Source of the DNA: Acutalibacteraceae bacterium
GTDB taxonomy: Bacteria > Bacillota > Clostridia > Oscillospirales > Acutalibacteraceae
NCBI GenBank assembly: GCA_045642685.1
Contig: JAZUJI010000056.1
Span: 1,696 to 65,695 of the forward strand
Length of the DNA stretch: 64,000 nt
Direction of reading: 5' to 3'
Below the pieces are notes generated by a model that had not been told where the DNA came from, did no database searches, and was given only the letters and a program-made list of their open reading frames with translations. Below, one piece after another: positions 36,666 through 46,878 of this stretch; positions within the stretch are counted from its first letter, which is position 1; each line of letters starts with the position of its first letter. The translations under genes and the position numbers were made by a program.

Positions 36666-37157
36666 TTACAGTTTCGGTTCGAGCATCCGGCGGCTCTTTT
36701 TGTCGAGCCTGCGGTAATCGGGTATTTCATAGCGGTTGTCGTTAGCATCCTTGATCAGGACACGCCCGTCATACAGCGGCTTAATGCTTGCTATGTGGTT
36801 GCGTATTTCAAAGGTAATGACACCCCGGTCGGTTTCTACTGTCCACATCCAAATGCGGAATTTTTCCGTCATTTTCTGGATTTTCGTGATGTGCGGCATG
36901 GTGTAGTATTCTTCCAGGGCACGAACGACCACTTCTTTGGATTGTGGCAAGAGACGGTCGGCATCACGGATGACTGCACGCTGTTCACCGTCCTCATCCA
37001 GCAAAACCAGGTAGCGGTTTCCGCCGGATTTCGGGAACAGGCGGTGCACCTCCAGCCCGGTCAGCTTTTCGCCCGTGTGATAAAATTCCGCATCTACAAA
37101 AATACCGTCGTTTTCGGTAATCCTTATTTCCGGTCCGTCAATGTACTGGATCATCAC
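36666..37157 (-). CDS. DUF1854 domain protein
   Basis: ~160 aa immediately downstream of an ABC exporter, which is the usual DUF1854 context. Family recalled from memory. Confidence 0.6.
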   Translation of the reverse strand: MMIQYIDGPEIRITENDGIFVDAEFYHTGEKLTGLEVHRLFPKSGGNRYLVLLDEDGEQRAVIRDADRLLPQSKEVVVRALEEYYTMPHITKIQKMTEKFRIWMWTVETDRGVITFEIRNHIASIKPLYDGRVLIKDANDNRYEIPDYRRLDKKSRRMLEPKL

Positions 37158-37166
37158 ACTACCCCC

Positions 37167-39416
37167 TTACTCAAAGCGTTCAGCTTCTTTTTGCGCCCGG
37201 AGCTGTTCGCCCATGGATTGAATTTCCACCAGCTTATAATACTTACCTTTTTTGTCAAGGAGCTCCTGCGGTGTACCGCACTCAATGATTTCGCCTTTAT
37301 CGACCACAACGATTTTATTTGCCTTGCGCAAAGTGGAAAGACGGTGTGCGATCATCAGCGTTGTGCGGCCGCGGATCAGGCGTTCGATCGCTTCCTGGAT
37401 CAGCTTTTCCGTTTCGGAATCCACGGCGGCGGTTGCTTCGTCCAGAATCAGAATGGATGGATTTTTCATTACGGCACGGGCAATGGAAACGCGCTGCTTT
37501 TCACCGCCCGAAAGCCCGACACCCCGTTCCCCCAATACGGTATCATACGCATCGGGCAGGCGGGAAATGAAGCCGTGGGCGTTGGCGATATCTGCCGCAC
37601 GCAGTACCTGTTCCGTGTGCACATTAGCCGTGCCGAAGGCGATGTTGTTGAAAATGGTGTCCTTGAACATCAACGGCTCCTGCTGAACAAAGCCGATTTG
37701 TTCACGGTAATATTTCATGTCAATGTCTTTCAGGTTCTGCCCGTCTACGAGAATCTCACCGTCATAATCATCGTAATAGCGCATGATCAGGTTGATGAGG
37801 GTGGATTTGCCGGAACCTGTTGTGCCCACAATGCCGACCACATCGCCCGGCTCAATGGTCAGGTTGATATCGGACAGCACCTTTTTGGAACGGTCGAATG
37901 AGAAATTGACATTTTTGAACTCAATGCGGCCTTCAATGCGCTGGGGTACATTGCCGCTGCCGAAATCATGCTCCGGCTCTGCGTCAAGAATATCTAAAAT
38001 CTTTTCTGCCGATGCCACGGTGTTTTTGTATACATCGGAAAAATTGGCAAAGAAGTTGACGGGTGTATAGAACATACTCGCATAGGAGATGAACGACACG
38101 AGCAAACCGACGGAAAAACCTTTTTCACCGGCAATGATGTAATTGCCGCCCGAAAACCAAATGATCAGCGTGCCGCAGGTGACCAGGAAGGTCATCGCCG
38201 CCGGGAAAATGCCTGCCACTTTGGATACCCGTTTGTCCTCACGCATCCATTCGTCGCAATAGGCATCAAAGTTTTTCACGGCTTTTTTTTCGCTTGTGAA
38301 GGCTTTGATAATGCGGATGCCGGGGATCGTGTCGGTAAGCAGACCGGAGATGGCAGAGCTTCTGCGCCACAGACGCATATACATCGGACCGATTTTTCTG
38401 CCGAAGGTTCTGCCGATGAGGGCGACCAGCGGGATCGGCACAAGAGAAAACAGCGTCAGCTTCCAGTTGAGCGATGCCATGATCACCAGAATACCGACCA
38501 TTGTCAAAAACTGAACGACCGCTTCCTGCGTGATTTTCATTACGAAGTTTTGTATGGCGGCGGTATCGGAATTGATGCGGTTGATTACCGAACCGGTGGA
38601 GGTTTTGTCATAAAAGCTCAGCGGCAGGAACTGCGCCTTGGCGTAAATATCTTTTTTCAGGCCGACCACAATGCGGTCACCGGTCAGCCGGAGCAGATAG
38701 CTGCGCAGAGCCGTGACGGAATATTGCAGCACATACACCGCAAGCAGAACCAGAATCGCTTTGATGAGCAGCTGCTGATTGTTGCTCGGCAAAACCTTAT
38801 CGACCATGTAACCCGTAATGTACGGCGGCACCAGCGACATGGCCGTGGTAAAGACCGACAGCAGCATACACGCAAGGAGCTGTTTTTTGTAGGGCTTGGC
38901 GTAACCGGAGAATTTGGAGATCATTTTTCCCTTGCCCTTGCAGTTTATACATTCGGCATCGGGGTTCGGCAGCTTCCGACCGCATTTCGGGCAAAAGGAG
39001 CGCAAATGCAGCACCGTGTTTTCCACGCCGTACACCGCTTCCTCCCGAAAGCCTTTTTCGGCGGTTGCGTTAACAAATTCCGCTGCCGCTTCCGCCACGC
39101 TGGCGGCTGCATAGGTGAAACGAATCAGCTTGTTTGTTTTTCCGTCCTTTTTTTCAACGGCAAAATAGGCACTGCCGTACATACGCTTGACGAGAGCCTC
39201 TTTCACCTCATCATATGCCACATAGACCGGCTCCGCACCTTCTTCGGCAAATGCAAACAAACCCTTTTTGCCGAACAGGATCGCAGAGGTTCCGTACCGC
39301 CTGGAAAGTGTAAAATCACCGACCAGATTGAACAGCCACTCATCGTTGCCGAATAACTCCGGTGCCTGCTTTTCGATCCGTTCGGGCAGAGGCAGATTTG
39401 TGATGATTTTTCGCAT
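37167..39416 (-). CDS. ABC exporter (fused permease/ATPase, type I) with an extra ~175-aa cytoplasmic N-terminal domain containing a zinc ribbon
   Basis: Six-TM exporter core, Walker A GTTGSGKST, signature LSGGEKQR, Walker B ILILDEAT. The N-terminal domain carries CPKCG-X10-CINC (nt 38940-38993). The start was set to the ATG at 39416 (SD GGTGAGGG). Confidence 0.88.
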   Translation of the reverse strand: MRKIITNLPLPERIEKQAPELFGNDEWLFNLVGDFTLSRRYGTSAILFGKKGLFAFAEEGAEPVYVAYDEVKEALVKRMYGSAYFAVEKKDGKTNKLIRFTYAAASVAEAAAEFVNATAEKGFREEAVYGVENTVLHLRSFCPKCGRKLPNPDAECINCKGKGKMISKFSGYAKPYKKQLLACMLLSVFTTAMSLVPPYITGYMVDKVLPSNNQQLLIKAILVLLAVYVLQYSVTALRSYLLRLTGDRIVVGLKKDIYAKAQFLPLSFYDKTSTGSVINRINSDTAAIQNFVMKITQEAVVQFLTMVGILVIMASLNWKLTLFSLVPIPLVALIGRTFGRKIGPMYMRLWRRSSAISGLLTDTIPGIRIIKAFTSEKKAVKNFDAYCDEWMREDKRVSKVAGIFPAAMTFLVTCGTLIIWFSGGNYIIAGEKGFSVGLLVSFISYASMFYTPVNFFANFSDVYKNTVASAEKILDILDAEPEHDFGSGNVPQRIEGRIEFKNVNFSFDRSKKVLSDINLTIEPGDVVGIVGTTGSGKSTLINLIMRYYDDYDGEILVDGQNLKDIDMKYYREQIGFVQQEPLMFKDTIFNNIAFGTANVHTEQVLRAADIANAHGFISRLPDAYDTVLGERGVGLSGGEKQRVSIARAVMKNPSILILDEATAAVDSETEKLIQEAIERLIRGRTTLMIAHRLSTLRKANKIVVVDKGEIIECGTPQELLDKKGKYYKLVEIQSMGEQLRAQKEAERFE

Positions 39417-39624
39417 ACCCTCACCCCATAAAAACATTTCGCCCGTATTATAATTTCAATAATATGCAATGTCAAGCTTTTCCGTAAAATAAGTCGGTTT
39501 TGTCCGTCAGCTTTTTTCAGAGCGGGAATTTCTCCTTCCTATGATATTTGTTCGGCTTTGTAACAAACTATACAAATCAGCAAGCAATTTTTTACTCAGC
39601 TTGTAACAAAATGCAGTAAAAAAC

Positions 39625-39653
39625 TTGAAATTTGCTGCAAAATTTGCTATGAT
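39625..39653 (+). promoter_or_regulatory. Sigma-A-type promoter (TTGAAA-17 nt-TATGAT) for the glg operon
   Basis: Read directly, about 45 nt upstream of the glgB ATG. Confidence 0.5.
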
Positions 39654-39696
39654 AAAATCTGTATAGGAATCTGTTACGAACCATGAGGGAGAAAAT

Positions 39697-41613
39697 ATGG
39701 ATAACATACCGCTTTATTTGTTCAATAAGGGCGAAAACGCCCGAAGCTATGAATATATGGGCGCACATTTTCAGCCGGACGGTAAGGTCGTGTTCCGTGT
39801 GTGGGCACCTCATGCGCTGAGTGTGAGCGTGGTAGGCGACTTCAACAACTGGGTCAGCGGCGTTCACCCCATGCAGGAACTGACCGGCGGCGTGTGGGAA
39901 TGTGAAATTGAAAACCTGCATCGGTTTGATGCTTATAAGTTTGCCGTTCGCACTCGGGACGGCAGAGAGCTGCTCAAAAGCGATCCCTATGCGTTCCACA
40001 CTGAAACCAGGCCGAAAAACGCTTCCAAGCTCTACGATCTGAGCGGATATGAATGGCACGATGACGAGTGGCTCTGTCGCCGCAAAAAAACACGCGTTTA
40101 TGATGAACCGGTGAACATTTATGAGGTTCATGCCGGGTCGTGGAAGCAGTATGAGGACGGCAACTTTCTGTCCTACCGTGCTTTGGCGGATTCTCTGATC
40201 CCGTATGTTGCGGAAATGGGATACACGCACATTGAGCTGATGCCACTGGGTGAGTATCCGTTTGACGGTTCCTGGGGGTATCAGGTGACCGGCTATTTTG
40301 CGCCGACCTCCCGTTACGGCGAGCCGAAAGATTTTATGTACTTTATCGATCGCTGTCATCAGGCGGGCATCGGCGTTATTCTGGACTGGGTTCCGGCGCA
40401 TTTCCCGAAGGATGCGTACGGGCTTTACGAATTTGACGGAGAGCCGTGCTATGAGTATGCCGACCCGCAAAAAGGGGAACACTACCAATGGGGGACCCGT
40501 GTATTTGACTTCGGAAAAAAAGAGGTGCAGAGCTTTCTGATGTCCTCTGCCGCCATGTGGCTGAAGGAGTATCACCTGGACGGTCTGCGCATTGATGCCG
40601 TGGCATCCATGGTCTATCTCGACTATGCCCGTGAACCGGGTCAGTGGAAGCCGAACATTTACGGCGGTAATCAGAACCTGGAAGCGGTTGCTTTTATTAA
40701 AAAGCTCAATGAATCCATTTTCCGTGATTTTTGGGACTGCATGATGATCGCCGAGGAGTCCACCTCGTTCCCGCTTGTTTCCAAGCCGACCTGTGACGGC
40801 GGTCTGGGGTTCAACTTCAAGTGGAACATGGGCTGGATGAACGATTGCCTCAAATATTTTTCGCTCGACGGCATTTACCGCAAATTCAACCACGACTGCT
40901 TGACCTTTTCCTTCTTCTATGCGTTTTCCGAAAACTTTGTTTTGCCGATCTCGCACGATGAGGTGGTGCACGGAAAATGCTCGCTCATCAACAAAATGCC
41001 CGGCACCTACGAGGAAAAGTTTGCCGGTGTGCGTTCGTTTTTAGGCTATATGTATGCACATCCGGGCAAGAAGCTGCTGTTCATGGGCTGCGAATTCGGG
41101 CAGTTTATTGAGTGGAAATATGATGCCGGTCTGGACTGGCTGCTGCTCGATTATGAGATGCACCGCAAGCTCCGGGATTTCACAAAAGAATTGAATCACT
41201 TCTATAAAGAGAACGCTCCGCTGTGGCAGATCGACTACAGTTGGGAAGGCTTTTCGTGGATTTCAAGTGATGACAACACCAATTCGGTCATTGCGTTCCG
41301 CCGGATGGACACCAAGGGCAAAGAGCTGATTTGTGTATCCAATCTGACCAATGTTGACCGTTATGACTACAAAATCGGCGTGCCTGCCGCAGGCACTTAC
41401 GAGGTGGTGTTCAATTCCGATGAGGAACGCTTCGGCGGAAGCGGAAACGGTGTAACGGGCAGGGTCAAAACCTTGCCGGTCGGAATGCACGGGCAGGAGC
41501 AATGCCTGTCCCTTCATCTGGCAGGCTTAAGCACCGTTTATCTGCGGTTGGTGCGGCGTGCGCCGAAAAAAAGAACCCGGCAAAAGCCGGATGGCATAAA
41601 ACAAGAGCTGTGA
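39697..41613 (+). CDS. glgB: 1,4-alpha-glucan branching enzyme
   Basis: GH13 motifs: HIELMP, GVILDWVPAHF, GLRIDAV, MIAEES, LPISHDEVVHGK. Confidence 0.95.
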   Translation: MDNIPLYLFNKGENARSYEYMGAHFQPDGKVVFRVWAPHALSVSVVGDFNNWVSGVHPMQELTGGVWECEIENLHRFDAYKFAVRTRDGRELLKSDPYAFHTETRPKNASKLYDLSGYEWHDDEWLCRRKKTRVYDEPVNIYEVHAGSWKQYEDGNFLSYRALADSLIPYVAEMGYTHIELMPLGEYPFDGSWGYQVTGYFAPTSRYGEPKDFMYFIDRCHQAGIGVILDWVPAHFPKDAYGLYEFDGEPCYEYADPQKGEHYQWGTRVFDFGKKEVQSFLMSSAAMWLKEYHLDGLRIDAVASMVYLDYAREPGQWKPNIYGGNQNLEAVAFIKKLNESIFRDFWDCMMIAEESTSFPLVSKPTCDGGLGFNFKWNMGWMNDCLKYFSLDGIYRKFNHDCLTFSFFYAFSENFVLPISHDEVVHGKCSLINKMPGTYEEKFAGVRSFLGYMYAHPGKKLLFMGCEFGQFIEWKYDAGLDWLLLDYEMHRKLRDFTKELNHFYKENAPLWQIDYSWEGFSWISSDDNTNSVIAFRRMDTKGKELICVSNLTNVDRYDYKIGVPAAGTYEVVFNSDEERFGGSGNGVTGRVKTLPVGMHGQEQCLSLHLAGLSTVYLRLVRRAPKKRTRQKPDGIKQEL

Positions 41614-41644
41614 AAATAAGCTTCAAAAATAAGGAGGTTCAAAT

Positions 41645-42877
41645 ATGTCTAAAAAAGCAGAATGTATTGCCATGCTTCTGGCAGGCGGTCAGGGAAGCAG
41701 ACTCGGCATTTTGACAAAAAATATCGCCAAGCCTGCCGTTCCTTACGGTGGGAAATACAGGATCATTGACTTCCCGCTGTCGAACTGTGTCAATTCCGGT
41801 ATCTACACCGTGGGCGTTTTAACGCAGTATCAGCCGCTGGAGCTGAATGATTATATCGGCAACGGTGCCGCATGGGATCTGGACCGTGAAAACGGCGGCG
41901 TGCATATCCTCTCCCCCTATCAGCAGATAAAGGGCAGTGAGTGGTATAAGGGTACGGCGAATGCCATTTATCAGAACATCAATTTCATTGACCGCTATGA
42001 TCCCGAATATGTTTGTATCCTTTCCGGTGACCATATCTATAAAATGGATTATTCCAAGATGCTGGCGTTCCACAAGGAAAAGGATGCCGCCTGCACCATC
42101 GCCATGCTGGAGGTGCCGTGGGAGGAAGCGTCCCGATTCGGCTTGATGTTGGTTGATGACAACGGTGCGATCACCGCTTTTGAAGAAAAACCCAAGGAGC
42201 CGCACAGCAACAAGGCATCCATGGGCGTTTATGTGTTCACCTGGAAGAAGCTGCGGGAGTATCTGCTGGCAGACGAAGCTGACGAAAATTCCAGCAACGA
42301 CTTCGGCAAGGATTTGATCCCTGCCATGCATCAGGCAGGCGAGCGGATGTTTGCCTACCACTTTGACGGCTACTGGAAGGATGTCGGCACGATCGACAGC
42401 CTGTGGGAAGCCAACCTGGATCTGCTTCGCCCGAGTGTGGATTTGGATTTGTCCGATGCTTCCTGGCGCATTTATTCCAAAATTTCCGCCGCACCGCCGC
42501 ACTATATTTCCGCCAGGGCGAATGTGCAGAATTCCATGATTACGGAAGGCTGTTCGATTGCCGGTGAAATTGATTATTCGGTTCTGTTCGCAAATGTAAA
42601 AGTGGAAGAGGGCGCAAAGGTGGATTCTTCCATCATCATGCCCGGTACGGTCATCAAAAAGGGTGCCGTTGTTCAGTATGCCATCGTGGCGGAAAACGCT
42701 GTGATTGAGCCGGGTGCCGTGGTCGGCGAAAAGCCCGAAAACATGGAAAACCGTGATGAATGGGGCGTTGCCGTGGTCGGTGCCGGTGTTCGGGTCGGTC
42801 AGGGTGCCTTTGTTGCGCCGAAGGCTATGGTCGGCGAGGATGTTCCCGCTGTGGATGCAGAGGAGGAAAAGAAATGA
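41645..42877 (+). CDS. glgC: Glucose-1-phosphate adenylyltransferase, catalytic subunit
   Basis: [29 protein letters not shown], and a left-handed beta-helix C-terminus. Confidence 0.95.
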   Translation: MSKKAECIAMLLAGGQGSRLGILTKNIAKPAVPYGGKYRIIDFPLSNCVNSGIYTVGVLTQYQPLELNDYIGNGAAWDLDRENGGVHILSPYQQIKGSEWYKGTANAIYQNINFIDRYDPEYVCILSGDHIYKMDYSKMLAFHKEKDAACTIAMLEVPWEEASRFGLMLVDDNGAITAFEEKPKEPHSNKASMGVYVFTWKKLREYLLADEADENSSNDFGKDLIPAMHQAGERMFAYHFDGYWKDVGTIDSLWEANLDLLRPSVDLDLSDASWRIYSKISAAPPHYISARANVQNSMITEGCSIAGEIDYSVLFANVKVEEGAKVDSSIIMPGTVIKKGAVVQYAIVAENAVIEPGAVVGEKPENMENRDEWGVAVVGAGVRVGQGAFVAPKAMVGEDVPAVDAEEEKK

Positions 42878-43989
42878 TTCGTTCCAATGATATTCTGGGT
42901 ATTATCCAGTCCAACGCTTATGATTCCAGCCTGTCGGAGCTGACCAATTCCCGCACGATGGGCTCGGTTCCGTTCGGCGGCCGTTATCGCCTGATCGACT
43001 TTACTCTTTCCAACATGGTGAATGCCGGAATCGGCAAGGTCGGCGTGCTCACCAAGAGCAATTATCAGTCGCTCATGGATCATCTGGGCACAGGTCGTCC
43101 GTGGGATTTATCCCGCAAGCACGGCGGTATGTATCTGCTGCCGCCCTTTGCTACAGGCGAGATCGGCAAATTCAGCAGCCGGATCGAAGCCCTTAAGGGC
43201 AATATGCACTTTATTGCACGCAGTGACGAAGAATATGTGCTGATGAGTGACTGCAATGTGGTCATGAATTTTTCTGTGTCCGAATTTGCCGCTTTCCATG
43301 AGAAGAGCGGTGCGGATATCACCGTTCTTTGCAAGCACGGCAAAATTCCGGCTCTTGAGGGTACGCTCGTGTTTGAATGTGGAGAGGACGGTCAGGTCAT
43401 TACTGCCATGCTCGGCAAGGCAGGTGAAGAGGGGAACTATTCCGTCAATATTTACTTCATGAAAAAAGCTTTGCTTGAACGGCTGATCAACGATGCCGCC
43501 GCCATGAAAAAGAAAAGCTTTGAAGAAGATGTTATTCTGGCAAATATCGACAGCCTGAAAATCTGTGCGATGGAGCATAAGGGCTTTGCCTATGCGATCG
43601 ATTCGCTGACCGCTTATTATGAAGCGAACATGGCTTTGCTGGAAGCGGAGAATGCGCACGACCTGTTTACAAGCAGGCGTCCGATCTACACCAAGGTGCG
43701 GGATGATATGCCGGCTCTTTACGGTATTGATTCCCATGTCGGAAACAGTCTGGTTTCCGACGGCTGCGTGATTAAGGGCGAAGTGGAAAACTGTATTCTT
43801 GCCCGTGGTGTTACCGTGGAAAAGGGTGCGGTCGTGAAGAATTCCGTCATTATGCAGGATGGCTTCATCGGTGCCGGTGCCCGTGTGGAAAATGTGATTT
43901 TTGATAAGTCGGTCATCCTCAAGCCCGGCAAAACCCTGTGCGGTGCAGAGGGCTTCCCGGTGTTTGTCGGCAAAGGCATCGTGATTTAA
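42874..43989 (+). CDS. glgD: Glucose-1-phosphate adenylyltransferase, regulatory subunit GlgD
   Basis: Homologous to glgC but lacking the GGxGxRL motif ([16 protein letters not shown]). ATGA overlap with glgC, in the Firmicute glgC-glgD order. Confidence 0.88.
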   Translation: MIRSNDILGIIQSNAYDSSLSELTNSRTMGSVPFGGRYRLIDFTLSNMVNAGIGKVGVLTKSNYQSLMDHLGTGRPWDLSRKHGGMYLLPPFATGEIGKFSSRIEALKGNMHFIARSDEEYVLMSDCNVVMNFSVSEFAAFHEKSGADITVLCKHGKIPALEGTLVFECGEDGQVITAMLGKAGEEGNYSVNIYFMKKALLERLINDAAAMKKKSFEEDVILANIDSLKICAMEHKGFAYAIDSLTAYYEANMALLEAENAHDLFTSRRPIYTKVRDDMPALYGIDSHVGNSLVSDGCVIKGEVENCILARGVTVEKGAVVKNSVIMQDGFIGAGARVENVIFDKSVILKPGKTLCGAEGFPVFVGKGIVI

Positions 43990-44002
43990 GGAGGAAAGAT
44001 AC

Positions 44003-45424
44003 ATGAAAGTTTTATATGCCGCCAGTGAGGCTCTGCCTTATATTGCGAGCGGCGGATTGGCAGATGTGGCAGGCTCTCTGCCGCAGGCTTTGCGCAAAAG
44101 GCTCATCGGCTGCCGTGTGGTGCTGCCGCTTTATGATACCATTCGGCAGGAGCTGAAAGATACGCTGACTTTTGTGACCCATATTTCCGTGCCCGTGGCG
44201 TGGAGAAGGCAGTACTGCGGTATTTTTGAAGCGCATCACAACGGCGTGATTTATTATCTGATCGACAACCAGTACTATTTCAAGCGGGATCGGATCTACG
44301 GTCATTACGATGATGCAGAACGGTTTGCATTTTTCTCCCGTGCAGTGCTTGAAATGATTCCGCACATCGGCTTCAAGCCCGACATTATTCACTGCAACGA
44401 TTGGCAGACGGCTCTGACGCCGCTGTATTATTCACTTTTTTATGCGAATCGTCCCGAATACGAAAACATAAAAACGGTGTTCACCATTCATAACATCCAG
44501 TATCAGGGCGTGTACGGCATGGAACTTATCGGCGATGTGCTCGGTTTGCCCAAAGAAGCGGAGCATTTGGTGGAATACAACGGCTGCGTGAACCTGATGA
44601 AGGGTGCGATCGAAGCGGCGAATATGGTTACGACCGTCAGCCCGAGCTACGCCAACGAAATTCTTGACCCGTGGTTCAGTCACGGTCTGGATAATATTCT
44701 GGAGCAGCGGCGGTTCAAACTCACGGGCATCCTCAACGGCATTGATGTCGAAAATTACAATCCGCTCACCGATAAGGATATTGCTTATCCCTATTCGGCA
44801 GAGGATTTTTCGGACAAGGCAAAGAACAAAGCGGCGTTACAGGAACGCTTCGGTCTGCCGCAGAATCCCGATACGCCCGTCATCGGTATCGTCAGCCGTC
44901 TGGTGTCGCACAAGGGCTTTGATTTGGTGAAGGCTGTGCTGGATGAATTGCTTGCAACGGAGGATGTTCAGCTGGCAGTGCTCGGCTCGGGTGATTGGCA
45001 GTATGAAAGCTTCTTTAACGAAATGGCAGCCCGTTATCCGCACAAGTGCGGTGTTTATATCGGCTTTGTGCCGGAGCTTGCCCGCAAGATTTACGCCGGC
45101 AGCGATTTGTTCCTCATGCCGTCCAAGAGTGAGCCATGCGGTCTGTCGCAAATGGTTGCTTTGCGTTACGGTTCAATTCCGATCGTGCGGGAAACCGGCG
45201 GTCTGAGGGATTCGATTCAGGACAGTGGGGACGGAACCGGCAACGGCTTCACATTCTCCCGCTATAACGCCCACGATATGCTGCACACCATTCGCCGCGG
45301 CTTGGAGGGCTACCGTAACCGGGAAGGCTGGCAGGTGCTCGTCCGGCGTGCGATGGAATGTGACAACAGCTGGGCAGCTTCGGCAAGCGAATACATTCGC
45401 CTTTATAAAAATTTGCTGAAATAA
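44003..45424 (+). CDS. glgA: Glycogen synthase (ADP-glucose type, GT5)
   Basis: MKVLYAASEALPYIASGGLADV start, MPSKSEPCGLSQM, and GGLRDS. Confidence 0.95.
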   Translation: MKVLYAASEALPYIASGGLADVAGSLPQALRKRLIGCRVVLPLYDTIRQELKDTLTFVTHISVPVAWRRQYCGIFEAHHNGVIYYLIDNQYYFKRDRIYGHYDDAERFAFFSRAVLEMIPHIGFKPDIIHCNDWQTALTPLYYSLFYANRPEYENIKTVFTIHNIQYQGVYGMELIGDVLGLPKEAEHLVEYNGCVNLMKGAIEAANMVTTVSPSYANEILDPWFSHGLDNILEQRRFKLTGILNGIDVENYNPLTDKDIAYPYSAEDFSDKAKNKAALQERFGLPQNPDTPVIGIVSRLVSHKGFDLVKAVLDELLATEDVQLAVLGSGDWQYESFFNEMAARYPHKCGVYIGFVPELARKIYAGSDLFLMPSKSEPCGLSQMVALRYGSIPIVRETGGLRDSIQDSGDGTGNGFTFSRYNAHDMLHTIRRGLEGYRNREGWQVLVRRAMECDNSWAASASEYIRLYKNLLK

Positions 45425-45455
45425 AAAAGCGGGCGATTTTCGCCCGCTAAAAAAT
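45423..45455. terminator. Bidirectional terminator (AGCGGGCG-ATTTT-CGCCCGCT flanked by A and T runs)
   Basis: A perfect 8-bp GC-rich stem between convergent glgA and the HTH gene. Confidence 0.85.
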
Positions 45456-45460
45456 TTGTT

Positions 45461-46102
45461 TTATTTTAATTTCTTAACGACCTGACTTCTTATAATGGTG
45501 GAGGCATAGTTTTCCACGCTTTCCATCAGCTTGTTCATAAAGTGCGGCAGCATTTCCACACCGATGCCATAGTCGTAAGAAGGTAATTGCTTTCGCAGGA
45601 ACATACCGTTCCAGATGCCATCCACGATTTGCTGGAACATCTCATCGTTATAACGGCAGGGGTAGGTGAATGATTTTGGGTTCAAACGCCCGGAATTGAG
45701 AGCGGTCACCAGAATTTTATACTGTGTCAATGCATAGGACCACAGCATTTTGTCCCCTAAAATAGGGTCGTTGATAACAAGCTTTTCGCTCAGATAGCTT
45801 GCGCAGAGAAGCACCGTCTGCATATCGAGGGCTTCTGTATTTTCAACGGTGCTGACCGTTTCGGGGTTCTCAAAGTTGTAGCGCAGACCGTATTTGCTGT
45901 TTTGCCGCCCTAAAAGGTAGTCGGTGGTGACACCGTAAAAATCGGCGCATTTTAACACAAAATCCAAGCCACATTCTCTTATGCCTTTTTCATAGTGCGA
46001 GAGCAGAGCTTGTGAGATCCCGAGGCTCAGGGCAGCCTCTTTTTGGCTCATGCTGCGTTCCTTGCGCAGGGAAGTAATACGGGAAGCAAATATTGCCGAC
46101 AT
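45461..46102 (-). CDS. XRE-family HTH transcriptional regulator with a ~140-aa C-terminal domain
   Basis: RKERSMSQKEAALSLGISQALLSHYEKGIRE helix-turn-helix. Confidence 0.82.
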   Translation of the reverse strand: MSAIFASRITSLRKERSMSQKEAALSLGISQALLSHYEKGIRECGLDFVLKCADFYGVTTDYLLGRQNSKYGLRYNFENPETVSTVENTEALDMQTVLLCASYLSEKLVINDPILGDKMLWSYALTQYKILVTALNSGRLNPKSFTYPCRYNDEMFQQIVDGIWNGMFLRKQLPSYDYGIGVEMLPHFMNKLMESVENYASTIIRSQVVKKLK

Positions 46103-46187
46103 ACCGACACCTCATTAAAAAGAATACAAACAGTATAACAGCGTGCCGAAAAAAAGTCAACAGAAATGAATATATTCGGAGAACAGA

Positions 46188-46856
46188 ATGAAAAGCTATA
46201 CCATTACCTTTATCAGAAACGCACTCACCAAAGAAAATTTAGAGGGTCGCTATCTGGGCCATTCGGATGTTCCGGTTTGTGAGGAAGGACGCCGCCAGCT
46301 GGAGGATTTGATCGCATCTTACCGTTACCCGAAGGTGCAGGTGGTGTTCAGCAGTCCGCTCAAACGCTGCATGGATACGGCGCATATGATTTACCCCGAC
46401 AAAGAAATCATCCCGATGGATGAGCTGATCGAATACGATTTCGGTTCATTTGATGGCAAAACAGCGGATGAGCTGAAGAATCACCCCCTGTTTGCGGATT
46501 GGCTGGCAGGCAAAAAAGGCGTGGATCCGCCATTCGGCGAGAGTAATGTCGCTTTTGCCAAACGCATTTGCGAGGGCTTTGAAAAAATCGTTGACGGGAT
46601 GTTGAAATCAGGGGTGGAGTCAACGGCAATCATTACTCACGGCGGTGTGATCATGCAGCTGATGTCCCGTTATGCCATACCCGAAGCACAGGCACATGAA
46701 TGGCTGACCCCAAGTGGCTGCGGTTATACCTTGCGTATAACACCGTCCATTTGGATGACGGCACGCAAGGCAGAGGCGATCTGCGAAGTGCCCGAGGAGG
46801 AGCATGATTTCGATTACGAGCGTATGCTCTGGGGTCAGGAGCCGTTCGAAGAATAA
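46188..46856 (+). CDS. Histidine-phosphatase (phosphoglycerate-mutase) superfamily protein with a substituted catalytic His
   Basis: Superfamily pattern FIRNALTKEN (normally RHGxTxxN), SSPLKRC, and ITHGGV. Confidence 0.75.
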   Translation: MKSYTITFIRNALTKENLEGRYLGHSDVPVCEEGRRQLEDLIASYRYPKVQVVFSSPLKRCMDTAHMIYPDKEIIPMDELIEYDFGSFDGKTADELKNHPLFADWLAGKKGVDPPFGESNVAFAKRICEGFEKIVDGMLKSGVESTAIITHGGVIMQLMSRYAIPEAQAHEWLTPSGCGYTLRITPSIWMTARKAEAICEVPEEEHDFDYERMLWGQEPFEE

Positions 46857-46878
46857 ACCGGAAAGCGAGTGACACCCG

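Noticed and set aside
39592-40971. A 459-aa minus-strand ORF antisense to glgB. The similar antisense ORFs at 19538-20695, 20702-21922, 32774-33952, 34022-35218, 36795-37901, 38550-39356 and 43108-44004 were treated the same way.
   Set aside because: In every case the opposite strand encodes a protein with strong family motifs. The antisense ORFs lack start context and motifs.
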